DNA from: Octopus sinensis
Taxonomy: Eukaryota
Length of the DNA stretch: 64,000 nt
Reading direction: 5' to 3'
NCBI RefSeq assembly: GCF_006345805.1
Contig: NC_043002.1
Coordinates: 63,612,001 to 63,676,000, forward strand
Part shown: in pieces, positions 52,201 to 64,000 of the stretch
Numbering within the stretch: position 1 is the stretch's first letter
How the letters are laid out: each line of letters starts with the position of its first letter
Translations under genes and position numbers: made by a program
The notes under the pieces: generated by a model
The model's input: only the letters and a program-made list of their open reading frames with translations
What the model was told of the DNA's origin: nothing
The model's database searches: none

Positions 52201-53535
52201 CCTGAAGATTTCAAACCTTAAGTGGGCATAACATCTCTCTTTAATGTTTACTCTGGTGCCAAATGGAAAGACCATGTGTATAATACCACATATCTCTTTC
52301 TCTTATCATTGACTATAATATCCGCCTTGTTGGCTTTCAGCCATCTTTCGGTTTAAATAGGAAAGATCCACTATTACATTTTGCTACCGATTTCAAGTGC
52401 ACATTTTATCCTTTATTCCCTTTATTCAGCATCGCTTTATTGTTCTGTTGCTACTCTGTTGCTTCTATGCAAACTTTATTTCCGAAACGTTCATAAATAC
52501 GGCACTGTGCAGAATCAGGTTATTCATATCGATATTGGACACCTTCGATTATTAATGTAATCTTGTAATTTTTCCTAAGGTTTTCGATAATGATAAATTT
52601 ATGCAAATTCCAGAACCACTGAAGCTCCTTCTTTAGATTCGAGAATTCGTTGAAGAAGTTCTTGGTCAAGCAATCTTTATAGAACAGGCCAGCAGAATTG
52701 ATGAAGAAAGACACTTCTCTAATATATATGAACATTCTGCTAATATTCTATTTAACAACCTGTTGGAATCGTGATGAGCGATATTACCGCCACAGGGACT
52801 TTTATAGTGCTATGTCTTGGTTTATTTTAATAATACTTCGGTACATGTTAATATCCAAAACTTTTCGTATATGACAATGTATCGCTCAAGTAAATTTTCT
52901 CGTTTCCATTTCGCATAAAAGCAGTTCATGTATTTTATTATCACTGTCTCATATTACACAATTAGAATTGAAGTACATGATTCCGTCTCTGAAACACGTT
53001 ATTTATTTAACTGAAATATCTTATGATATTTCTATCTGCCAACAATTTAGTAAAACGTACCGAGTTAACTTTTCAGTTCGTATTGTTGTTTTCAGCTTTT
53101 AACAGATTTACTTTCTTCTTCCCTTCCTTTAGCTAAGATCCACTCCCTTTAATCTGTTTTTGCAAGTATCTCATAAAACAAAAACAAAACAATATAACAA
53201 AAATCTCAAAACCGTCTAAATAAATTAGTCGTTGACAAGATCAATGAACTGCCTGCATTGTATATCAACATCGCATACTCATTTGACACTGGAGTAAAAT
53301 GAAATGAAAAGGAAAAGATAGAGTGTTAAACTAAACAGAGGAATGAAATCCTCAAGTATTGGTAGAGACAAGTAAACAAGGTCATGATGCTGCAGATTAT
53401 TACTTCCATAAACACTCTGATTCTACTTTCACTGACTTCTACTTTTATTAATCCACATCGTCGACAACTTCTCTTCAAATACAATTTTTCGACATCTGAC
53501 ACTGTGGGTAAATCTCCGTACAGTACCGGTTGTTT

Positions 53536-53752
53536 ACCTTCTTCTTCTTCTTCTTCTTCTTCTTCTTCTTCTTCTTCTTCTTCTTCTTCTTCTTCTTCTT
53601 CTTCTTCTTCTTCTTCTTCTTCTTCTTCTCTTCTCTTCTTCTTCTTCTTCTACTTCGCTTCTCCTTCTCCTACTGCTGCAACTACTGCTGCAACTACTAT
53701 TACCACTACTACCACCACCACCACCACCACCACCACCACCGCCACCACCACC

Positions 53753-53801
<49 letters not shown>

Positions 53802-53819
53802 TACTACTACTACTACTAC

Positions 53820-53862
<43 letters not shown>

Positions 53863-53900
53863 TATTATTATTATTATTATAATAATACTATTACCTTTTT
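53536..53900. repeat. Compound trinucleotide array (TTC)n-(ACC)n-(ACT)n-(AAT)n-(ATT)n
   Basis: Direct reading. Confidence 0.95.
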
Positions 53901-54764
53901 TCTCTTGCTCCTCCTCGTTTTCCTTATTTTCACTCTTATATATTCCAAAAGTGTTTACTCTTGATGTATTACATCGTTGGATCTTCTAACCGTGTATTGC
54001 TGGTATCAATCAGATAATCGCCGAAGCTATCATTATAGCAAAACAAGTATATACCTGGTGAGGTGCAAAATGGATTTTAATTTCATTCTTACGTAATGCA
54101 TGGTTTGAAATAATCGTTCCCTTCTAGATTCAGTCGCATGTCTTTCCATCTGTAACATTGGGACCGACCGACTCCTAAGTCAGAACCTATGCACATATTA
54201 TAAATCACTACGCTGTTGCATGATTGTCTGTAGGTAACCGTAGATTTTGCATGTTTTGGTTTAACTAAAAATCCACAAGAAAAAAGTCTGAAGGCTTAGC
54301 CAACGATAACAAGAAAGCGAAACCAAAATACAGTTTCAATGCTTACACCAATTTAAGAAGACTCAAAAACGTTATATCAGAACAAACATATGTATTTGTT
54401 TCAGCTGTGGCAGTACTACTAGCCAGCGATCAGAATTCAATATAATTATTCTTAAATATAAAATTATAACACCATCGAGGGGAGGGGTGTAATCTCTGAT
54501 ATCATCATGGTAGGATGGACCAGAACATCGACACAGGGTGAAATATTAATGAGTGGCAAGAGAGACATAATGTGTGTGAGAGAGAGAGACGCACAGAGAG
54601 AAAGAGCGAAAGAGAGACAGAGATGTTGTGAGAGACAGAAATTGAGAGTAAGTGAAAATCAAAGATAGAAGAGAATAGACCATTCTGATGACGACAAGCA
54701 AACTGAAACTTCGAATTCAGAGACAAAATTTACCTTGTAATATTCATAAATCCCTTTAAGGCAA

Positions 54765-54960
54765 TGAGGTGGGTGAATCATTGACACGTTGGACAAATTT
54801 CGTAACGGGATTTCGTCAGTGTACGATCTGAGTTTAAATTCTGACGAGGTCGACTTTGCTTGCATCCTTTCGGGGATGACAAAATAAGTACCAGCTGATT
54901 ACTGGGGTCAATGTATACCCTCCCCTGAAATTGCTGGATTTGTGCCAAAATATGAAAACT
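54765..54960 (+). mobile_element. SINE family B, diverged (tail B)
   Basis: GAGGTCGACTTTGC..CATCCTTTCGGG..AAGTACCAG body. Confidence 0.75.
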
Positions 54961-55109
54961 ATATTAATAAATCTGTATCTCAGTAAAAGATATTTGATTA
55001 ATCATTCAGCGTAAAATTAAATTACTTTTATAGTAATTGCACTTAAAAAAAACATGGATATGTAATACATTATCTGACTCTCCTTCTCTCCCTCCCTCTT
55101 TCTATCTCC

Positions 55110-55251
<142 letters not shown>

Positions 55252-55284
55252 ATATTCGTACATATATGTGCATTTATATATATA

Positions 55285-55517
55285 TATTTATTTACTACCC
55301 ACAATGGGCTAAACATAGAGGAGACAAACAAGGGCAGTGAAAGGGATTAAGCCGATCACATCGACCTCAGTGCGTAACTGGTACTTTATTTAATCAACCC
55401 CGAAAGAATGAAAGGCAAAGTCGACCTCGGCGGACTTTGAACTCAGAACGTAACGGCAGACGAAATACCGCAAAGCATTTCGCCCGGCGTGCTAACGTTT
55501 CTGTCAGCTCGTCGGCT
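55285..55517 (-). mobile_element. SINE family B (tail A)
   Basis: Close match to 17540-17762. Confidence 0.9.
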
Positions 55518-55892
55518 TTTATATATATACATATACAAATACACCCATACGAATATACATAAAAATGTGTGTGCGTTTGTATGTGTCTGTGTATGTGTGT
55601 GTGCATATGTCTGTGTATGTGTGAGTGCGCTTTAAGGTCTGAGTATGCATTGCCCTAAATGAGATGTCAACTTTTATTTAGATAAATGTAGCAAAACTAA
55701 ATGTATGCATCGAAATTTTCTCACCTGCAACAATGTCACGAAATTCTTACAGTAATTGTATTTTCTACTCTGTTATTACATAATGTAATACAACTTTTGT
55801 ACATGTATTTATTAATACATTTCTTTTTCTTCCAATTTGTTTTTGTGCTATTTTGTGAATATTTTTACTCCGATTTATGATGTCTTTCATTG

Positions 55893-56345
<453 letters not shown>

Positions 56346-57419
56346 GAAATTAACGATGAAAAAGCGAAGGTACTTTGTGCTTATTATTATCCTCATCTCT
56401 ATCATCATCATTATTTTTACTGTAATTATTATTGTAAATTTAATTAATGAATGTGAGAAGATGTAATAATATAAGAAGCGAGATAGTACTTCCGATTGTC
56501 GAGACAGAATGTCTTGTTCATAATACTGTTGGATCTGTATGACGCGTATGAAAAGATACAAAACAATGTTCTTATTTTGTTTTGTTTTGTTTTTACTTTC
56601 ACACAGAATGAAATAAAACAAGTGATGCGTGCAAATATATGAATTGAAAATCCAGGAGACATGAGTGAACTTTTCGTCTTGTATTAGTCGCGCTTCGAAT
56701 TTCCGTTTGTAAATTATTTGGTGCATTCCAATATATAGAATTCTCTCATAAAACAACAATGCAAGGGCGGTATAGGCATAACACAAAACTAAGACTCCTG
56801 ACATATGTTTGCAAACAATCCACCAACAAAATTTACTATGCAAATTACTTTCAAATTTGCTTATGAATTCATGTGATTTTGTGTCGCAATGGTTATAACA
56901 GCGGGTCAAAGATTTATGGCAGTAAATTATGTAATATTATTCTGATAGTTTAAATTGCAATAGAATCGATGTTGCTTCATTTTTCCATATTCTTGGTGTC
57001 GATTGTATACGAACTACTAACACGCATTTTTATTATATTACAAATGCCTATTATATCAAATTTCTAGTATATTATTATCATAAACTTGTGTAAAAACGTG
57101 ACTTGGTTATCAAATAGTAAGCTGTTGTATTGGAAAAAAATTTGTTATTGAATAAATACCTGTGATATTTCCCATTACTTCCGTTCATGTAATATGATAA
57201 AAACTTCATTATGCCCTATTTTCCAACATTTGAAATGGCCGATGGACATCTTGGATACCATTTATGTGATGGTAGTCTCTTGTAGTCCCAGAAAAACAGT
57301 TCAGCAATTCCTTGCTGAATACCTGATGAAAATATTTGTTTACAGTGATAAATTGTTTGTGCTTCACATCAACTCTTGAAATATACATTTCTTGTACAGG
57401 TGTACGGTGAAGCATAGGT

Positions 57420-57550
57420 CAGGTGATCGCAGAGCCACGTGAGATATAGTGTCATGCTCAAGAACACAACTCACCACTCGGTCTAGTAATTGAACCTATG
57501 GTCTCTCGATTGTGAGTGGAACACACTATACACCATGTTATGCGACCTTA
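57420..57550 (-). mobile_element. Head of a third tRNA-derived SINE family, degenerate
   Basis: Reverse complement shows B-box-like GGTTCAATTAC followed by GTTGTGTTCTTGAGCATGACACT. Confidence 0.5.
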
Positions 57551-57739
57551 CTATTATTAATGTAATTGTTTAAATGCATCTGTGGACTGACGGGTTTTAG
57601 ATAGTATTACCCAATATCTAGCAGTTAATTTTCCTATTTTGTGCGATATGATTTCATCTCAGAATGTGATCCGTTTTGACCTTCATGTTTCTGAACCTAA
57701 AAAACCTAAAATAATATAAGAATTAAGAACAGAGTTGTT

Positions 57740-57855
57740 TTTTCTCTTTCACTCCATTTTGTATTTCATTTTCCCCTCACTCCCTCCATTTTGTATTTCA
57801 TTTCTTCTCTCACTCCTTCCATTTTACATTGCATTTTTTCTCTCACCCCCTCCGA
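57740..57855. repeat. Three imperfect ~33-bp pyrimidine-rich tandem units
   Basis: CTCACTCC(C)TCCATTTTGTATTTCATTT repeated. Confidence 0.7.
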
Positions 57856-58970
57856 AATTTCCACGCATCTCAATATAGCTGGGGTTGCTAAGCAATCAAT
57901 CAAAATGCAGCAATGGAGTTGAATTCACAACATGAACTATTTACCGAGAAGCAATGACGCATCAGTTGCGGTACTCCTTGGTAGTTTCAAAAAACTTATT
58001 TAGTGTTTTGACACTGAGCACAGTCTTGCTGTAACAAACTTTGTGCTAATCGTATACAGAAAATTTATGACATCATCTGCCACTAATCGAGCATGTGTTG
58101 TCTATGAGAAAATACCAGTTTTATACGTTGTTGTCAGTCCAACATATGAATTACTACAAATTTAAAGTCTTTGAAAATGATCGCGACCCAAAAATACATT
58201 TTGGAGAATTATTTTCAAAGATTATTACCGAAGACAAAATTTGGTCCTGAATGATTTTGATGGTATTTAGTGAAACAGTAAACTTTTAATTAACTTTCTA
58301 ATACAGTAAACGTATCATAAGTGGAACCTCTTTGCAATTTCAGTAATTTCATGTTGGATCATCACGTAACCGAAAAATAATTAGTTATTTTTAATTTACA
58401 TGTGCACCTCATGAACTTTCGTTAATTTCGACTGGTGTTTGTATCTAGCAGCGAAAAAGAAAATAAATATAAAACAACAAACATTGCTCGAATACCATAC
58501 TAGTGTTCGTGGATCAATAAAATATATACCAGCTATAAACTACAGTAAATACAATTAGCAAATTCGTATTCACTAATAATGTCTGATGGTGTCCACGTGC
58601 TAACATTTTCGAATAAATAGTTCTTATCATAGAAACAGATTTTCGACTATTAGTATATCGGAATAGTATAACGTCGAGTAGTTGAGTTCTTTAAACAATA
58701 CACGGTATTGAAACTGATGAATCGATTATACGTTCATTAACGGGAACAGCTGCAGCTAAATAAGAGGTGTGTGATTGATGCCAATCTTTTGATTATAGTT
58801 TCATTCTAGAATACGATGGTGCCATTTGTTTCATGTGTGACTGTGATATGTAACAGAGATAAATTGCCGAGCTGTCAACATTGAATGTAATGTACTGTAC
58901 AGCTATAGACAAATAATGCTTTGCAATTATTATTATTTTTTTATCATTATTATTATTATTATTTATTATA

Positions 58971-59035
<65 letters not shown>

Positions 59036-59046
59036 TATTATTATTA

Positions 59047-59104
<58 letters not shown>

Positions 59105-59134
59105 TTATTATTATTATATTATTATTATTATTAT

Positions 59135-61872
59135 TCAGTAGTTTTATTTTTTATAGCGTGCTTTCACTTCACTACCGAGCGCAGCTCTGTGTGCCTTGGG
59201 TATGTGCTGTGATTTGTTGTGATGCTCTGATGGTTATTGTATGGAAAGTGTTTTGCGTAGGATGTGTGCAGTGCCTAGTAGTGCAATTTTCTCTATGTTA
59301 TATGTGTTCGTAAGTCCTGGTGTTTTTGTTATGTATTTGTCTGAATATTTTTTTATCATGCCTAATGTACCTACTATGATAGGAATTGTTTCTGTTTTTA
59401 GATTCCACATTCTGGTTACCTCCATTTCCAGGTCTTTGTATTTTGAAAGTTTCTCCATTTCTTTTAGAGACACGTTGTCATCTGCCGGTATTGATACCTT
59501 AATTAGAAAGCATTTTTTTCCCTTTATGATCTCTGACAACTATATCTGGTCCGTTGGCCTTAATTTCTCTATCTGTATGTATCGGCATATCCCAGAGTAT
59601 GGTTGCTTCCTCATTTTCTGTGACCTTTTCTGGTGTGTGCCTATACCATCCTTTTTACTGTTGTTATTCCATAATGTAGGCACAGCTTCCAGTGTATGTA
59701 GGTTCCAACTCTGTCATGTCTGTGAATATATTCCTTCTTAGCCAGGACTGGGCAGCCAGAGATAATATGATTTATTGTTTCTTGTCCATCTCCACATATT
59801 CTGCAGTTACTTGTTATATTTCTTTTCATTACATGTTTTTGGTAATTTCTGGTGGGGAGGCTTTGGTATTGTGCTGCAAATAAAACTCCCTCTGTCTCTG
59901 CTTTGAATCCTGAGCTTCTCAACCATTGCTGGGATTTTTCTTTGTCTATTTCTTTTGCATTTAGTTTAGTCCAGTATTTACCGTGGAGGGGTTTTTCTTG
60001 CCATCGTTTAATCATGGTTCTTTGCTGTTCTAGGTTTAGTTTGGATTTCATTTGTTTTATAGCTTTTGTTTTTCTTCTTCTTCTTCTTCTTCGTCTTCTT
60101 CTTCTTCTTCTTCTTCTCTTCTTCTTCTCTTCTTCTTCTTCTTCTTCTTCTTCTTCTTCTCCTTCTTCTTCTTCTTTATATTTGTTAGGTGGTATGATTT
60201 CTTGTTTGTATTTGTCAGCTTCCTTAAATACTGAGAACAGTCTTTTTGTTTTGCTCGTGTTTTGCCGCTATTTGTATCAGTTTTCCTTCCTTCTGAAGTA
60301 GATATTTTTGCAGTCCTATGGTGGTTATTTTATAGTAGTTTTCCAGCTGTATAATGCCTCTACCACCTTCTTTACGTTGTATATATAGTCTTTCTATGTC
60401 AGATTTTGGGTGATGCATCCTAGACCCTGTCATTATTTTTCTTGTTTTTCTATCTATTTTGGTCAGTTCATTTAGTGTCCAGTTAAGGATATTGTAGCTG
60501 TAACTTATAACTGGGACAGCTAAAGTGTTAACACCTACTATTTTGTTTTTAGCATTGAGCTCTGTTTTTAGTATTGATCTAACTCGTCTATAAAATTCTT
60601 TTTTTATTTTCTCTTTCATTTGTGTGTGTTGTGTCCTATCTAGTTCATGGATTCCTAAGTATTTGTAAGTTTGGCTTTGGTCTAATTCTTTTATTTCATT
60701 GGTTTTATCTTGTGTGATGTTGCTACTCTTAAATAGTTTTCCTCTTTTCATGGTTACTTTGGCGCAGTTTTCTAATCCAAATTTCATATCTATTTCTTTG
60801 GTAAATCCTTGAACTGTCTTTAATAGTGTTTCCAGCTGTTTGTCATATGCAGCGTATAGTTTTAGGTCATCCATATATAAAAGGTGGCTGATCGTTTTGC
60901 CGTAACATTTATATCCTCATCCAGTTCTATTTAACATATCAGATAGAGATGACAGTGCCAAGCAGAAAAGGAGTGGAGAGAGCGTGTCTCCCTGGAATAT
61001 TCCTCTTCTAATGGGGATGGCTTTGGTTTTCATGAGTACCTCTTTTGTTTGGAGCTGTAGCACTGTTTGCCATTTATTCATAGACTTCCCAATGAATTTT
61101 ATAATTGTTGGTGCTACTTTGTTAATGGCTGGTGTTTCGAGGATCCATGTCGGGGATGCTATCAAACGCCTTTTTGTAGTCAATCCAGGCCATACTGAGG
61201 CCTTTCTTCTTTCTGTGGCTGTCTTCAGTTATGGCTTTATTGATCATTAGTTGATCTTTACAGCCGTATGAGCCTTTGCGGCATCCTTTCTGTTCTTCTG
61301 GAAACAGGTTGTTTTCGTCTAGGTGCTTCTTCAACCTTTGCGATATCACTGCAGTACATGCCTTGTACATCGTAGGGAGACAGGTTATTGGTCTGTAGTT
61401 TTCTGGTTTTGCTGAATTAAGATGGTTTTCCCCTCGTGAGCCATTCAGACATTGTCTCTGGTTCTGCTAGTATGTTGTTAAAATTTTCAGCCAGCTTTTT
61501 GTGCATTCCTGTTAGATATTTCAACCAGAAGTTGGGGATCTTGTCATGCCCAGGTGCCTTCCAGTTGCTTAGTCTTTGCAGTGCCTGGGTGACCTCTTCA
61601 GTTGTTATGGGGGCCCAAAGTTGCTCAGATGCTGAGTTTGTTATTTCAATACTCCTTTTTTTTGGTTGTTCGTTCGCCGAACATATTTCTCACCAGAATT
61701 CTTCCACTTCTGCCGTTGGTGCTGCAGTGATTTCTATTTTATTTTTGCCAAGTTCTTGGTAGAACTTTTTGGGGTTGGAGTTGAACTTTTTGTTTTGTTC
61801 AAAGAAGCGCTGGCGTTTCTCGTACCGGCGGATCCTTTGTGCTTTGGCAACGATATCTTGCTTTAGCTTTTC

Positions 61873-61875
<3 letters not shown>
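59135..61875 (-). mobile_element. 5'-truncated R4/Dong-type LINE (RT, CCHC, REL endonuclease), frameshifted, inside (TAA)n
   Basis: NWKAPGHDKI, EEQKGCRKGSYGCKDQL, WIDYKKAFDSIP, GIFQGDTLSPLLF, YMDDLKLY, YKYLGI, CRICGDGQETINHIISGC, PDIVV..KEMEKLSKYKDL; (TTA)n at 58925-59135 and 61874-61980. Confidence 0.95.
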
Positions 61876-61962
<87 letters not shown>

Positions 61963-62084
61963 TATTATTATTATTTTTATTGTTGTTGTTGTTGTTGTTG
62001 TTGTTGCTGCTGTTGTTATTGTTGTGACTCTTTTTGCTGTTGTTGAAGTTGTTGTTATTTTCATTATTGTCGTTGCAGTTCTTA

Positions 62085-62290
62085 CTAAGGCGGCAAATCA
62101 TTATTAAGACGGGTAAATGCTCGCCGGCATTTCGAACATCTTCACGTTCTGAGTTCAAATTCGCCGTAGTCAACTTTACCTTATATAATTTCTGACTCAC
62201 ACAAAAAAAAAACAAGTACAGGGTGGTCACTAGTGTAATGTAATCGAGTTCCTCCCTCTGCCGTAATCGCTGGCCTTCGACCGAACTTTG
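62085..62290 (+). mobile_element. SINE family B, diverged
   Basis: AAGGCGGC head, TTCTGAGTTCAAATTCGCC body. Confidence 0.75.
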
Positions 62291-62309
62291 AACATTTCAT
62301 TATTAACAT

Positions 62310-62820
62310 TTTTATTGAGTGAGAGAGCAGGGCATGCCATCAAACTGACACTGGGGTAAAATATACGAATCCCAGTACACCCATCATGACTACCCGTCTG
62401 ATAAGGCTACACCAAGCGTCACAACCATACGTGCGCGACATGGTGCTCTTATATCAAGATAAAAAGCGCACGACCTTGCAGGTGGGGCCCAGTTAGTATT
62501 TTCTTCTGGTTGAGTAACACATCCCGCTCAAATGATCTCTGAATAAGGGTTGTTTAAGGATTTTGAACGAAACACCCATGTTTCCAGAGGTGAATTATTC
62601 AAACCCCAAATACTCCCTCTCAACACATGTCTATGATGCTCCCCCACTACTTCTGCTCGTGATCAGATATGCACATATCGTTAGCCACTAAGGGACATGC
62701 TCAACTGATTAAGGTCAAACAATTGACAATCAAATTGAGCAGAATATTTGCTGTAGCCCATCTTTTATACCAAGAGAAAACAAAGTACATGTTAACACTT
62801 CTAATCAGTTAAGATCAGTT
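62310..62820 (-). repeat. Probable interspersed repeat of unknown class
   Basis: GC-richer island between ATT-rich tracts; resembles a common octopus repeat from my recall only; single copy in this window. Confidence 0.35.
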
Positions 62821-63287
62821 AGATTATTATTATTATTATTATCATTATTATTATTATTATTACTCTTATCATTATTATTACTATTATCATTACTCTTACT
62901 GTTGGTTTTTAGTTCAAATGTTTTCGTTTGTTACAGTCACATACCGAGACACACCCAGTGCCCTGGGTTGAGTGAAGGATAACGGATGTTACAGCATGAT
63001 TGAAAGCTTGGAGAGGGGAAGTAGCGAAATATATTCATATAATACAACACAGACATTTAGGGTTTTTCTAAACATGTGGGCAGTACTTGTCTGCACAATG
63101 TTTTTGATTTCTGTGTGACATGGTTCTTGCAGGACCTTATCTAAAGGTTTGTGACATCCCTTCGTTTACCATACATGGGGCACCTACATTTACAGGAACA
63201 GTCTCCTTTTAAGAAGCCACATATTTTGTATTCCCATTTCTAGGTCCTTATATTTACTTAATTTGTCAAATTCGTTCGCGGATGGTC

Positions 63288-63446
63288 ACAAGTGTGGCTG
63301 TGTGGTAAATAGCTTGCTTACCAACCACCTGGTTCCGGGTTCAGTCCCATTGCGTGGCAGCTTGTTCTGGTGTCTTCTGCTATAGCCTCGGGCGGACCAA
63401 AGCCTTGTGAGTGGATCTGGTAAACGGAAATTGAAAGAAGCCCGTC

Positions 63447-63483
<37 letters not shown>
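63288..63483 (+). mobile_element. SINE family A head and body, interrupted at its (AT)n by a Helitron
   Basis: Canonical head; stops at the (AT)n tract where the Helitron CTAG begins. Confidence 0.85.
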
Positions 63484-63484
<1 letters not shown>

Positions 63485-64000
63485 TAGCATTAAAGACCCG
63501 CCGTTGCCGGGTCATAGTGCTAGTGCATGTATATATGTGTACATATTACATGTACATCTATATATATATATCTGCTCATAAAATACAAAATACAAAGTTA
63601 TATCTTGATATCGCTAGTGATAACAATACTCAAAATACATAACAGACTGGAATTGTTAGCTCGTCTCTTGTAATTTCGATCAATTGTATCTTGTCCTCCC
63701 TCTTGTATAGAAGTGTGGGTACAATCCAGCCTACCTCTACTTTTTTTTGGGGGGGGGGGGCATTTAAAATTGTTTTCCGGGACGTCCTACGTCCCAGATA
63801 TAAAGGTAAAAATAAAATATTTCCACTTTGCAAGTTCGAGTCGAGTACTCCCTTGCACGCTCCGTTGACTCGAACTTTGCTTCTATTGTGGCGAATTTAC
63901 CGCCTCTGATTAGATAGCTTTCATAGTCGCTCCAATACACTTTTCGAAGGTGCTTTCCTCCATGTGTTCAAGTCTTTTTTCTCTACATTGTATACTTTAT
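63484..64000 (-). mobile_element. Helitron 3' half, same family as 4154-5319 (runs off window)
   Basis: Reverse complement of about 4797-5319, roughly 90% identity by eye. Confidence 0.9.

Noticed and set aside
54128-54233. 106-nt AG...GT-bounded segment open in one frame
   Set aside because: Peptide unrecognised; probability of a chance open frame is substantial

Overview
AT-rich, microsatellite-saturated eukaryotic DNA. The repeat repertoire (two abundant tRNA-derived SINE families, RTE and R4/Dong LINEs, long (AT)n tracts) resembles what I recall of Octopus/coleoid genomes; that assignment is inference. I recognise no host exon, rRNA, tRNA gene or CRISPR, so the window looks intergenic or deep-intronic, and most ORF-track entries are translated microsatellites. 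Supported content: (1) a near full-length RTE LINE (43346-47185, minus) with endonuclease and RT intact apart from two small deletions; (2) a 5'-truncated R4/Dong-type LINE inside a (TAA)n tract, plus four older restriction-like-endonuclease (REL) LINE relics; (3) a CR1-type relic; (4) six Helitron pieces, one with both termini and a Pif1 helicase fragment; (5) a DD41D-like Tc1/mariner deletion derivative; (6) a Penelope-like GIY-YIG relic; (7) about 20 SINE copies. The most interesting signals not covered by the ORF track are a dispersed set of short elements, mostly beside (AT)n or similar tracts, carrying minimal hammerhead-ribozyme-like motifs, a 482-bp tandem repeat possibly linked to them, a ~190-nt near-perfect hairpin, and a ~275-bp direct repeat flanking a truncated RTE. 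Element boundaries were placed by eye and may be off by tens of bases. Percent identities are visual estimates.
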